Positions 22,601 through 35,639 of a DNA stretch of 64,000 bases are shown in pieces. Every line of letters begins with the position of its first letter. Positions within the stretch are counted from its first letter, which is position 1. This DNA comes from Prorocentrum cordatum. Its lineage: Eukaryota. Position numbers and translations under genes: made by a program. Location: positions 930,001-994,000 of the forward strand of contig CAUYUJ010000003.1 in the NCBI GenBank assembly GCA_963575745.1. Direction: 5' to 3'. The notes under the pieces were generated by a model. It had not been told where the DNA came from and searched no databases. It saw only the letters and a list, made by a program, of their open reading frames with translations.

Positions 22601-25325
22601 AACATGTCAATGCTTCGCAGGAAAGCTTCTTGCACAGCATACGCGAGCAAACTCGAAATACAACGGGATTCAACCATATCACCATAATTAATCTCAATGT
22701 GTCGTGCCGATCATACTCAACGTCCTCGCGCGAAGTCCCGACGCTGCTTCACGGCGGTGCCAAGGCCTCGCGATTTCGCTCTTGCATTGCCCATTATCCG
22801 AGAGAGGGGGCCGGCAGCAGGGGGCGAAGCCCTTGCGGTGCAACAGATCGATCGCCAAAAGCCGATTGGAACGATGCGCGCGCGGGAGATGCACTTTCCT
22901 GCGCCGAAAGGGCGGCCGTGCGCCTCGCAATGAGAGCACCTAATTTCATGTCGCGCCCGCGAGAACATTCTGGCCGCGCCCCCGCGGTCGCGACGTCCAA
23001 AGGAAGTCGCCCAGGCAGGGGTGGCCCAGAAAAGTGCGCAGCTTGGCCACCTCTTTCCGCGCCCCCTGATCAAAGCCCCGTGGCTCGTCCGAATCGCTTG
23101 ACCTCACAGCTGGGCGCGACCCGGATTCCTCGTCGCTTGACTCTTGGGCGCCAGCGCCGTCCGCTTCCGGGCATTCGTCGATCTCCGGGCCCCGATCGGA
23201 CCTCCGCAGGATGCGAAGTGACAGGGGCGCCCCCCGAAGTGCGCCCCCCCGAAGTGCGTCGCCATAGAGCAGCCTAAATTCCGTTTGCCAGATCCGACGC
23301 CAACTTGGACGGGTTGATCCCCGACTCGCGGGCCCTGCCCCCCCTTCCAGCAGAAGATGACCGCGCACCCAGTTGCCTTTTGCGACGCCCCTGGAGCAGC
23401 GCCTCGTCACTGACGAGCAAACGCGCTGGATTTGAGACGAGGCCCCCTCAGCGACCGAAAGACCGTGCCCGCGCTGGTCCAGCAAACGAGATGCAACTTC
23501 CTCGGGCCTGGCAAGGACCGCAACGCACTCGAGGCTCCAGGGCGAAGTCGCGGTCCTCCGATTTCAGACACAAGGCATTTTCTGAACGCAGCTGCGTTCA
23601 TCCGAAATCCTTCTGCCCCTGCCCACCCCGGCCCGCGCGCCCAAGCGACTCCAGCTCCTCTTGGTGGCAACGCGAGAAGCTCGGCGCACCACGGGCGCAG
23701 CGACGCACTGAGGCCCGTCTTTCCGGATAACTTCCGAGGGCACCTGGATTCAATTCCTGGCGTCGCGCTCCCAACCAGTCTACGAGCCGACCGCCTCAGA
23801 AGTCCGATGCCCCCCTGAACGCAGCGCGTCGCTCACTCTGGGCGGTGGGGGGGGGCCTCTTGGATCGCCGCGACCCTCCGCTTCGCCCCCCGAGCCAGGC
23901 TCTGCCTCCTCCGCCAGAAATGCTTCTTCGCCACCCCTGGGCCGTCGCGGGCCCGGAGGGCAGCCTGCCCAACTTCGAGGGCGCTGCAGCATCGAGCGCA
24001 TCCAGACGTGGCCCCGAGTCCCCCGGACTAGGAACGCATCCACTTCGCGGTGCAGTGCCACCCGAGAAGCTCCCGCCCCTTAGCTTCGCCGCGGCCGGAC
24101 GCGGCCGCCGCCCCCACTTGTCGTCGAAGCCCGCGGCCCCTGGACCTCCTTCACTCCGTGCCCCGAACTTGCCGGGCCTGTCCAAGCCCGTGGCCTCTCT
24201 TCGTTTCTTATCCTTGCCTATCTGAGACCCAGACCCGCTAAGTCCCTGCAAGCTGGCGGCCCCCGCGCCCTTTCGAGAAACCCACGGGGCCCGCCTCGTT
24301 TTCTCCGGGGCCTCGCCCAGCCCTGCGCGCGAGGTGCGCTGCCGAGCGCGATGGGGCAGAACGCCCGGGCCGCTCGAGACCCAGGCTCGGCGAACTCCAG
24401 ACGGCGCGAGAAGTCTCGGAGGCCCGCCGCCGCACCGAGCCAGAGCGGCACCCACGAAAAAAAAACAAATCGATCCCTGGCCCCCAGGGTCTTGAACTTC
24501 CAGCCGAGCCCGTCGCTGATTCCGCCCGAGGAAATCAAGCTCCCCTCGACCCCGTCCCAGAGCCCCCGGAGGGCGCAGAGTATTCCAGGAGGCCCAGGGA
24601 CAGCCCGCCCCCGAACCGCCGGGACCCCGAGGTCCCTCAAAATGATGTGATCGGCCTCGGATCCTGCTCCGAGCAGCCTGAGCTGCGGCCTCTGCGCCAC
24701 CTCTGGCCACGCCCCGAAACAAGGCCATGAGCTCCTCGGCCCAGACGCAGGTTCTCCTCCGGGTCGCGCGCGGCCTCCAGCTCGCCCTCCTTCATCTGGT
24801 TCAGCGGGTCTGCGGTCCTGGTCATGCGAGCGAGCCTCCTGATATCATCGTCGGTCATGCCCGCCGCCCCCCGGTCCTGGCCGCCCCCAGCTACCGCGCC
24901 GCGCCTCGTCGGGCGCGGTGCAACTGATCCGAAAATTATTACATCTGGTTCAGCAGCGCCTTCATCTGCGCGGCCTGCAGCTCTCGGTCGCTGAGGGCTG
25001 GCCTGGCGCGGGCCCGGCTCGCGGCGGCCAGGGCTCTTCGCCGCCGTCGGAAAGACCCCCGACAGATACTTCGAGGGCCCCGGGCCCCAGAACTCCCATC
25101 CGAGCTGGGGCCGCGAGCGACCGAATGCGCCCTGGACCTCGCGCCGCGGGCCGTTGGCGCTGGCGGTTGATAAGGTGCCGCTTGCGCCGCCCGCGGGTCG
25201 CCCATGGGGTGCTCGCCGACCGGCCGCCCTACCTCCTTCTTCGGCGTGAGCTCGGCCTCCTGCTTCGTCTGCATGGCGAGCTTCTCGGCCTGCGCGGCAG
25301 CCTTCTCCTCCGTTGTCTTGCCCCC

Positions 25326-25639
<314 letters not shown>

Positions 25640-28164
25640 GCTCGCCGCGCGACACGTCGCGCGCTTGCGCCGTTCGAGCGCCCCTTTCAACGCCCGGGGC
25701 GGGCGCGCGCAATTATTCCCGGCCGCGCCCGTCTCGCCGCAGCCGGGCTGGATCGCGGCTGGCCGCGCGATCGCCGCCCCGCGGATGGCCGGGCAGCTCG
25801 TCGCCGCGCAGCGTAGACGCAGGGCGCGCCGTCGCCAGCGGTTCTGCCAGGGCAGGGGAACCAAGCATCCGTCGAGGACGTCGCGCATGGTCTGCTCCCC
25901 CATCTCCACCTCGGCAAGGTCGATGGTCTGCAGATCCGCGGGGACCTCACCCCGCCCCACGCACTCCGCATCGCTCTCGCGGTCCTCTTCTGCGGAGTGC
26001 CTTTGATCATCCCCGCTCACCTCGCCAGCAAAATCGGCGAGTCTCGCGGCCCCAGCTCGCCCCAAGATACCCCCAGGCACCAGATCACACGTGAGAGAGG
26101 AAGAGGAATCTGACTGATCACCGCCCCTAGCCACTGCCCGTCATTCCCTGCAGTCCTGGCGCGCGTCCTCGGGGACGCGGTCGATCGTCTCCGGGTCGAC
26201 CTCGACATCCCCTGGCTCGCAGTCGATCATGCCATGCCGATGGAGCGGTGCCCGGCCGGGGGCTGGAACATAGCCTTCTTGATCGCGTCCTTGTCGCCTA
26301 GCGTGATCTCGTCGCTGGCCAAATCCACTGAGGCGAGCAGCCAGAAAACGAGGCGGCAACGAGGGAGGGCGCCGTCTGGGAAACGCGAGAAACTCCACCA
26401 CTCCGCATTCCCAGAGACTCATGGGGGCCCGCGCCCTTGCCCCGGGCCGAACTCGCCCTCCGCTTTGTCCTGCCGTCACTCCTTCGACGAGCCCTCGCTA
26501 GACTGTGTTTCCCGAAAACTTCGGAGCCGGAAAGCCTCCATCATCGCGAGGAAATCATCGCTGCCCACCCGTGCCGGCGCAGCTCCAGTACCGATAAGGC
26601 CACGATCGCCAATCCACCGAAGCGAGAGCTGCGATCTGCCTGCGCCCACGGAGAAGGTCTTCATCATGGTGCTCCAATCCTGCACCGCGACACATGAGAA
26701 GTCGTCGGCGTCCTCGATCACATCCAAAACGAATGTCCCAGGCCCGTCCGTCTTGGCGATCTTGTCCTCGCCATTCTCGTTCGCCAGACGATCCGCCTTA
26801 GATCGGTGCGGGATATTGCACATCTCCGCCCGATGTCCTCGATCACCACAATTAGCGCACCTCATCCGGCGCTCGGCATCCGTCATAGAAAAGCGCTTGA
26901 AACCTGGCTTCGCCGCGCGTCTTGGCCGCCTTCATGCGACGAGCCTCCTGCCATGTCCCCCCCCTCTCTTTACCCAGGCGGTCCTCCACCACGGCCGCGA
27001 ACAGGTGGGCGAATTCTGCGTCGCCAAGGTCCTGGTCGTCTAGGGTCGCCAGCAGGGCGTCAACGTCCGCCTCCAGCAGATCCACAGTAGTCCAGGTCGG
27101 TAATGAAATTCTCCTCATCCGCCAGAGAAGATGCCCGCGGCGTTGGCGGATCGGGCGTGCCCTGGTCCACCTGGGCCGGGAAACTCTTCCACTGGACCTG
27201 GCTCGTTTGGAGGATGGGTTTGTCGTTCACGTCGAACTTCAGACTGGCCGCACGTATAAAGATACTGCCCTCCCTGCGGCCAGCCAGCGTCTTCATGTTG
27301 ATCCGGTTTTGGGCCGAAAGGGACGCACCCTCCTCAAGGTACCTCGCTTTGATAATGTCAGGGAGGACGAGAGCATAGCGCTCGGTTTCCGCGATATGCG
27401 AGTCGCGTCCCAAGATGAAACTCCATAAGTGTCTTTCTCGTTCTTCCAGATCATGTGATCGAAGATCGCCGCATTACGAGCCAGACGTTCCTTCGTGCTC
27501 TCCACTGAACAAATCCATGCGGTCCAACAGCTTTCGTACTCCGTCCTCGGCGTCAAATTCAGGCCTGGCTGTTCGAAACTGGGCTTGCATATCTACTCGG
27601 GGGCCCTCGAGCACGCTTCCTGCTTGGACTTCGGCTCAAGATCCCGTCCGTCTTGTTCATGCCTCGAGACTCGACACTGTGCTTGTAAATCTCAATACTG
27701 TCGCAACCCAGCGAGGCTGGCGGCGGAGCTCCAAACTCTCAGTTAGGAATGAATGCGTTCGACTTGATCATCTCTGGGCCCCGCTCACCTTAGGCCTTAC
27801 TGCTGCCAGGCGTCCCAAATCGTCTCTCCAACTCTCACGGGGCCACCTGTCGTCGTTCTCGCTGCCATCCGCGTTATGCCAGCCACTGGGGTCCCACCAT
27901 GTTGCTGTTCGCGACAGCGGATCTGAGGTCCACTCCCACTGGTCCTGTCGCCAGGTTGTGCCACCCTGCCGTGAGTCATCGTCGGTCAGAGCACTCGTCG
28001 TCATCTTGATCGGAATCGGCACCCGTTCCCAATCTGCGGCTTTTGGTGATCGTTGGTGTCCGTCCTTCCGTGTCGCCATTCGCCTGAACGTTTTGTACGC
28101 CTTCGGGAAGTCTCATAGCCGACGCCACTGCCTCAGACATGCGTTCCGACTGCCACTCTCTAGC

Positions 28165-28381
28165 GCATGGACAATGTGCATATTATGTCCATGGTGGGGC
28201 GTACTGTTCTTTTCCTCTGAAGAATGCGATAGACTCAGTACTGCTAGTGCACGCCTAAGCCACAACAACTGGGCACAGCGGGCGGGAAAAGAGACAAAGG
28301 GAGCGGACACACACACACACATTCTCTCTCTCTCTCTCTCTCACACACACGCGGGGGGGGGGCCCGTTTGGGCCCATCGGG
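28165..28381 (-). repeat. LTR-like direct repeat (5' side of the Copia region), containing CA/CT microsatellites
   Basis: Homologous to 17563-17740; lies just upstream of the gag remnant. Confidence 0.65.
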
Positions 28382-28632
28382 AGAAACTACCGGATGCATG
28401 CACGACGAACTGACGCTATGGCAGAGTCGTGTCGTGGGTCCACGTAGCAGCACTCATGTGTGCCAAGAGGCTTCGCGTATTCGACTCTGCAAACGTCGGA
28501 GCACGTGAATAAACCGCAATATGGAACACAACTGATACGGTATCAAGCCGCGCGAATCCGTACTAGGTATCGGAATTGGCATCCGCATCGCCCGTTAAGA
28601 CAGTCGAGCGTATGGATATGGTTCATTTCGGC

Positions 28633-28686
28633 TCACGCTCGCTTGCAATTTCCGCTCACGTCTAACTTTACTCGCCTCCTCAACGC
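28633..28686 (-). CDS. Possible terminal exon of the mitochondrial carrier (ALRRRVKLDVSGNCKRA*)
   Basis: gccag| acceptor in phase 0 after CTYE, basic C-terminus and stop; one of several possibilities. Confidence 0.25.
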   Translation of the reverse strand, partial: ALRRRVKLDVSGNCKRA

Positions 28687-29715
28687 CTGGCTCTGCGAGT
28701 ATGTATGCTTCTGCATTTGCCCATTGCTATCCGTCTCAATCGGTCTCTGCGTGGACATGCGTATCCTTGTGGGAATGTGTGTATGCAGATGCATGTGCGT
28801 TCATCTTTCTTTATATGGCAGTACGTCTATAGTATGGCGGTATTTGCCTGTCCCTCTGCCATTATGTACACGTATGCCTCCGTCTGCTTCCTTACTGTCT
28901 GCCCCTGTCCCTCCAAGCCCGTGTCTCTCTGTCTCTCTCTCTTGTTCTCTCTCCATCTCTTTCTCTCATTCCCTCTCCCTCTCATTATCTCTCTCTCTCT
29001 CTCATTCTCCATCTCTCTCTCTCTCTCTCTCTCCCTCACTCTCTTTCTCTCTCTCTCTCTCTCTCTCTGCATGCGTGAGGCGCGCGCCGAGCTCCTGAGA
29101 ACCATGGCGGCGGCCCTGCGAGCTCGGGGCAGCACATTGGCCCAGGGCGGGACACGGGCACCTCGCCACTCGGGGAGCGGGCTTCGGGGACACACTGACC
29201 CGGGTCAGTGCAAGCCGGGGCCAGTCAGGCCTTGCAGGATACTGCACGATCCTGCAGGACCCTGCACCCCAACGCGGGTCAATGCGCACCTGGCCCTGCA
29301 GGATCCTGCAAGATCCGGCGCTCTGGCTGAGGCCCGTGTGCATTGACCCCCGTCTCTTGAATCCTGAAAGCTCGGGCGCAAGGAACCCTGGCAGCTGGCC
29401 CGAGAGACCTGGGGAATGTGAGATCCACGACGGATGGCACTGGCCAGAACGGCATGCCCGACCCAGACCCCCTCGAGTCTCGAGAGAATCATGTCGGAAG
29501 GTCTTTCACTATCTGTAGCTTCTGGGGGGCCCGTACTGGGCCTAGCGACCGTCGAAAAATGACTCAAGACGAAAAACCCGGTCCCGGGGGATAGGTCGAG
29601 GCCTTTGGGGGTCGACGCTATGCAAAAATCGTGACGCCGTGGGTCTGGGGAGGGCGGCTCCCTGGTCCGCCGTGCCTGACGCGCTCCAACCGCTCATTTC
29701 ACGACCCCTTCCGGC

Positions 29716-29798
29716 CTCGTACGTGCAGAAGATGATGGCGTTCTGGGGCCATGCTCGCACCATGGTGGCCCCGAACCCCTTCCAGAGGACCCCTGCTC
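29716..29798 (-). CDS. Mitochondrial carrier exon (AGVLWKGFGATMVRAWPQNAIIFCTYE), repeat 3 second half
   Basis: Matches [FWY]KG...RA.P.NA..F..YE; cacag| acceptor, GC donor. Confidence 0.9.
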
Positions 29799-30123
29799 CT
29801 GTGCAGGGTGCGAGACGAGCACGGGGCGGGGGAACGCGGAAAGGATGGGAGGGGCAAACCACAGCAGAAAATACTGCCGGGAAGCTGAAATACGCACATG
29901 GCTGGATTGTGGAACGTTCGGAAGCCACGGGCTGAATACACGTGCGGAAGCCCAACCTACACGGCCATACAAACCCGAGCGCTGGGATGGCATCCAGCCA
30001 CATTTGTGTCCAGCACCCGCACAAGCCGATCGCGCCATGTGTACCCAGCTTCCCAGTGCCAAGAGGGGCATGGGAGAGGCAGTGGGGAATGACACGATCT
30101 GGGGTCCAAGGCTCCTGCTCGCT

Positions 30124-30299
30124 ACGGGCTTGACGGCTTCGGTCCGCGACTCGCTTCGGATGCTCCACGACTTCTGAAGTTTCTGGAGATCCCAAGATAC
30201 GACTCGATTTATCTGGGCTTACGTCGAATTGCGTGGACCTACACCGATCGACCTGGCTCTGTTCCCGTAGGCCGTTCAGAGAAGAGCCGTCAAGCCCGT
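30124..30299. mobile_element. MITE-like element with perfect 15-bp TIRs
   Basis: acgggcttgacggct (30124-30138) is the exact reverse complement of agccgtcaagcccgt (30285-30299). Confidence 0.6.
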
Positions 30300-30684
30300 G
30301 AGCTGCGATGACCCCCACACATGGCAGGTCGGACGAAAGGGGGGAATAGCGCAAAGGAGGTGCGGGCGAATCGGCTCAAGTGGATGCTCTTCCTGGCGCC
30401 CCCCGGCGCCAGAGGCGCCAACGTCTCGACGAAAGCACCCGGCGGCGGGGCTGGAGAAGAAACGCCCGAAGATGGCACGGGCCCTGCAGCCCCTGCGAGC
30501 TCTCTGGCTCTATTCGCGCAGGTTGATTGGAAAAGGGCCGTCAGGCCCGTGGGTCCCCATGCGCCCCCCCGCGGATGGCATGGGCCCTGCGGCCCGTGCG
30601 AGCCTTTTCCACCTGGGGTCGCGCGGAATTCACCCCTGCTCTGTCGCTGTGTCGAACTGGCTCGGCGAGCCTTGGAAGCTCGCT

Positions 30685-33600
30685 TTTTTAACGAGCTGGG
30701 TCGGGCGACAAGCGCTGCCGCAAGCGCCCCGAGGATGCGCCCGACTCAGTCGGGCACCTTGGGGAGCTGCGCTATATGCCGCACCGCCAGCGCCGCGAAT
30801 TCGGATACGCTGCCCCCCGCGCGGCGCACGTCATGCAGCAGAAGCAGGGCTTGCCCGCGCGCCAGCAGCCGCTCCCTCCACCCTGGGCACGCACTCCCGA
30901 GCGCACTCCACCCTGGCGCCGCACCGGAGACAGGTGGCGCGGCCCGGCCCCTGCGCGACGGCGTGCGGCAGCCACGACCGCCCTGCGAAGAAGGCGGCGA
31001 GCCTTGCGCTTGGGCGGCCGGGGTCGTCTCCGCCGCAGCGCCACGGCGGCGGCGACGGCGCCGCTGGCAGGGGCGCGCGCCAAGCAGGAGCGGCGGCGCC
31101 CGGCGGCGCCGAGCCCGCGCGAGCCGGAGCCCGACGCACGCTGCGCCAGTCGCGCGGCCCGCGGCGGGCGGCGGGCGGCGCCGCTGCCATGGCAGCCAGC
31201 TGCGTGGCTGCGAGCACGCGTTGAGCTGCCTCCAGCTGCTCGAGCTCCCGTCAGCGCGCTGCAACCGCTGCCTGAGGCGGGGCCCGGTGCGCCGCGGCCG
31301 CGCCAGCGTTGCCGTCGGGTCCCGCTCGTCCATCCCGCGCTCGTGGGCCTCCGCTGCCGCCAGGTGCGCGGGGGCCCGGCGAGCCCTCAGCCTTCCTCTG
31401 CGGATGGCCTCCTCCGCCTGTTGCCAGAGGTCGGCGTGCCACCACTCCCGCGCGTCCGCGCCGGCCGCGACCTGCGCGCAGGACCAAACGACGTACTTGC
31501 TGTCAGAGGCAAGGTCGACGGGATCGCCGACAGCGCGCGCGGCCGCGACCACAGCCGCCACCTCGGCGCGCTGGGCAGTCTGCACCCCGTCGACCGGCCG
31601 CCGAGGTTGGGCTCGCCGCAGCCTGCGCAGCGTAGACCCCACGCCGCGCGCGCCAGCAAGGGGTCCGTCGGATGATGCAGGCGCCGTCGCTCCAGACAGT
31701 GCGGCGGGGCGCGGTGGGCTGCAGCTCGGCCTGCGGCGGGAACCTCGGGCCCTCGTTGCTGGCGGCGCCGGCGAGGGCAGCCAGGCGCGGCGGCGTGGCC
31801 GACGCCCCCGCGGTGGCGACCCCAGCCGGCAACTCCCAGCGAAAGGCTGCTACCTCGGGGGACAGAGCGCCCGAGGGGGTGAAGGCGGCGGCCAACGCCG
31901 TGCGCCGCTTGCCCTCCCGCGCTGGACGCGCCCAGAAGCGGTGCTCGCGGTCCGCCAGGGCCAGGCCGCAGTGCGGGCAAGTCGCCGAGCGACCGTTCCA
32001 CCTCGTCGCGACGGATTCCGTGACCACGCTGCGTCGACGCTGCGCAGCGCTCTGGCGGCGTCGGCCTCGAGCGCGCCAGACGCGAGCAAACGTCGCGTCG
32101 CCCAGCGGTCCACGCCGTCGGCCCGGTGGGCGTGGCACGGCCGGCGGGCCGCGACCTTGCGGCATTCGGCACGGGCCCGCGCCGCGAGGACGACGCGCTC
32201 GGTTGCTCTCCGCGGCGGGCCAGCGGGGCGCCAGCCGCCAGGCGCCGTCGGCACGACGACCCAGCACTCCACGTCGCCTCCCAGCCCCAGCTCGCGCATG
32301 CTGCGCAACGCGGCGGCCGCGGGCCCGATGGCGCGCCCGGCCCCCCCGCGGACAGCCGCGGCCGCGCTGCGCCACAGGGCGAAGTCGAGCTGGCAGGATC
32401 GAAGCGCCCGCGCGGCCCGCAGCACCGGCGCGAGGGTCACCGCCGCTTTGGGGTCCAGGCGCCAGGTGGACGCCGAACACGATCTCCGCGGCCGCCCGGG
32501 AGCCGTGGCGGGCGGCGCCCTTGGCCGCGCGGCGGAGCTGCTCCAACTCGCGGGCAGCAGGGCGCCCCCGCGGCCGTGCCAGCGGCAGCACCCATCAGGC
32601 AGCGCCAGCGGAAAGGCACCGGCAAGCGACGGAGCCGAACGAACCGGCTGCACGCCAGCTGCACCCTCGCCGCAGTCACGGAGTGCTTCCGCTGCTTGCT
32701 GGCCACCGCGACCACCCCGAGGTCGCGGATTTCGGTCCCAGCGGAGATCGACGGCATCTCCCGCTGGAGCCACCGCCGCAGCGATGCCTTGTTGGCAAAC
32801 TGCTTGCTCTTGACCTCATGTAGCGGCCAATCCACGTCGCCTCGTAGGCCCGGGTGATCCGCAGGGCCTCTGCGACGGCCTCGGCGGTCTCGTCGGGGTC
32901 GCCACGCGCCCAAGGCGTGAGGTTGCCACCGTGCACGCGGCGCCTCAGACCATCGCGAACGCGCCCGGTGCGCTGGTACCACGGCCGGACCAAGACGCTA
33001 AGCACGAAGACGGCCAGCGCGCAACCAGGAAGGATGCCGCTGGTAGGCGTCCACGCCAAGTCAATTGGCACCATCGACGCGCAACCGACGAGGCGCCGCG
33101 TAGGTGGCAAGCAGAGGCCCTCGCAGCCAATCAGGGGCGCCTGCGCGAGTCAGCACTCGCTCCAGGAGCTGCAGGCCAACGTGGTCCAAAGCCTTCCTCC
33201 AGTCCAAGGCGCTGCCACAGATGGCCTCGCCCGCGGCCTCTGCGGCTTCGCGCTCCAGCGCGAGGTCCCACGCGAGCTCCTCGGCCCCGACGTCGCCGTC
33301 ACCGTCGCCCCATGCCGAGCGCCATCGCGCAAACAACTGCGCCCGCCCTGCAGCCCATGCGCGGTGCAGCATGGGGAGAAGCCAGATTGGACGGCGGTCC
33401 ATGGGCCCGCCGTCGCGAGCCTGAGGCAGCAGCAGGCCCTCCGGCTGGCAGAGTCCGTTGGGCCATCGTTCAAGGCGCTCCACTGCCTCGAGGAGCTCCG
33501 CGACCAACTCCAGGAGCTCGGAAGAGAACAAACGGAGCTCGGCCACTGTCCAGCCCTCGAGGCCTGCACAGCCACCAATGCCGCGTCGGCCTGTCGCAAG

Positions 33601-34479
33601 GCCTGCTGCGCCTGGGCCGCCTCGCACTCGAAGTGCTGGACCGCCCGCCGCGCTTCGGCCAGGTCCTCGGTGGCAGCCTTGAACTTCGCCGCAGCCGCTC
33701 GCTGCGAGTCCGTGGCGGCCTGCACGCGGACAGCCCACGGCGCCCACGGCCGGGCTGCCTGAGCCGCCTGCTCCAGGACCTGTATCTGGCGATCGCAGTC
33801 CACCACGTCCTGATCCGCGCCATAGCGGAAAGCAATGGCCCAGCGCTCGCGCCAGTACCAGAGCTCCCGCTGCGCGGGGGTCAACTCCTGCTGCGGACCA
33901 GCATCGACAGGAGGTGGCATGGGAGCGTCGCCAGCCGGCGCCGCTGCGCCAGAAGACGGCGAAGGGAGGATGTGCTTCACCATCTCCGCGTAAGAGGCCG
34001 CACCTGGTCCAGGCTGTTGGCCTCCACCTCCGCCACGCTACGAGCGCCGCTGCCCCGTTTCGCTCGCCGGGGGCGCTGGCCGGCGGGACTGCCAATCCTT
34101 GGCTGTCGCCCGTGCCGCGTCGGCGATCCGCTGCGGCGCCGACCGATCACACCGCAAGCAGCGCACGCGGCATGCCCAGTTGCCTGCGTGCCCACACTGA
34201 CTGACAGCCCCGGCATGGCGCCCGCGGCCCAGGGAGAACAGCGGCGTCCGCCTGCTTGCTGCCAGTCCGGGCCCCGCCAGCAGCCCGCCCGCGCATCCCA
34301 AGCTGCGCACTGTGGTGCGCCTGCAGGAGTTCCGCGGAGCAGAACCCGCGCGTGCGCGCGCTGGGAGCGGGCGCGGCGATGCCACGCGGGCTCCCCAGCC
34401 AGGGAAATTGTGGTCGCTGGAGCGACTCGCCAGAGGCTATGGCCAGCACGCGTGCACCCCCGCGCACGCCCGACGGCTT
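30685..34479 (-). mobile_element. Degenerate LINE with RT and RNase H, short poly(A) and 18-bp TSD, lacking an endonuclease
   Basis: RT motifs GLEGWTVAELR, RRPIWLL, LDWRKALDHV, SGILPGCALA; RNase H VWSDGAC, QTAQRAEV, LASDSKYV, APAH; C-terminal H...CLRCG; identical gagccttggaagctcgct at 30667-30684 and 34480-34497; T run at 30684-30689. Confidence 0.9.
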
Positions 34480-34669
34480 GAGCCTTGGAAGCTCGCTCTG
34501 GCCGTTCAGGTGGCCCCCGTGCGGCCCGTGGATTCCGCCGCCCCCCAGGGACCACAAATGGCATGGGCCCTGCGGCCCGTGCGTTCCTGGCGAGGCGCGG
34601 GCCCGTGCACTGGCACATCCGACGATCGACGAGCCCATCGAACGATCAACTTCCCAGCTTCTCCTCAGC

Positions 34670-35500
34670 CCCCCTCTTCCTCTTCCTTATCCTTCTCCTC
34701 CGCCGTCCTCTTCTCTATCAATATCCTCCGTCCTCCTCCTCTTCCTCGTCTCCCTCTTTCTCCCCCCTCTTCCTTCTCATCTTCCTCTGCCTCCACCTCC
34801 GCCTCCACGTCCTCCTCCTTCTTCTTCTCCTCCTCCTCCAGCTCCTCCCTCCTCTCTTTCCTCTCCCTCCTCCTCCTCCCTCCTCCTCCTCCTCCTCCTC
34901 CTCCTCCTCCTCCTCCCTCCTCCTGCTCCTCCTCCTCCTCCTCCTCCTCCTCCTCCTCCTCCTCCTCCTCCTCCTCCTCCTCCTCTCCTCCTCCTCCTCC
35001 TCCTCCTCCTCCTCCTCCTCCTCCTCCTCCTCCTCCTTCCTCCTCCTCCTCCTACCTCCTCCTCCTCCTCCTCCTCTCCTCCTCCCTCCTCCCTCCTCCC
35101 CCTCCTCCCTCCTCCCTCCTCCCTCCTCCCTCCTCCCTCCTCCCTCCTCCCTCCTCCCTCCTCCCTCCTCCTCTCCTCCTCCTCCTCTCCCTCCTCCCTC
35201 CTCCTCCTCCAGTCCTCCTCCTCCTCCTCCTCCTCCTCCTCCGCCTCCTCCTCCTCCTCCTCCCGCCTCCTCCTCCTCCTCCGCCTCCTCCTCCTCCTCC
35301 TCCTCCTCCTCCTCCTCCTCCTCTCCTCCTCTCCCTCCTCCTCCTCCTCCTCCTCCTCTCCCTCCTCCTCCTCCTCCTCCTCCTCCTCCCTCCTCCTCCT
35401 CCTCCCCTCCTCCTCCTCCTCCTCCTCCTCCTCGTCCTCCTCCTCCTCCTCCTCCTCCTCCTCCTCCTCCTCCTCCTCCTCCTCCTCCTCCTCCTCCTCT
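34670..35500. repeat. (CCT)n low-complexity tract
   Basis: Visible tract. Confidence 0.97.
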
Positions 35501-35639
35501 TCGCCCAGCAACATGCAGAGCACTGCGCAGAGCACTCTGGGTCCCGCGGCCTGTGCGCGCCCACAGGGGGCATGCGCGCCGCGCGTGCTGCATGGCCGCT
35601 GTGGACCAGATTTACGGACACGAAAAGAACGTAGCTCCT

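Noticed and set aside
30321..32813. 830-aa plus-strand ORF
   Set aside because: Antisense shadow of the GC-rich minus-strand LINE; no motifs
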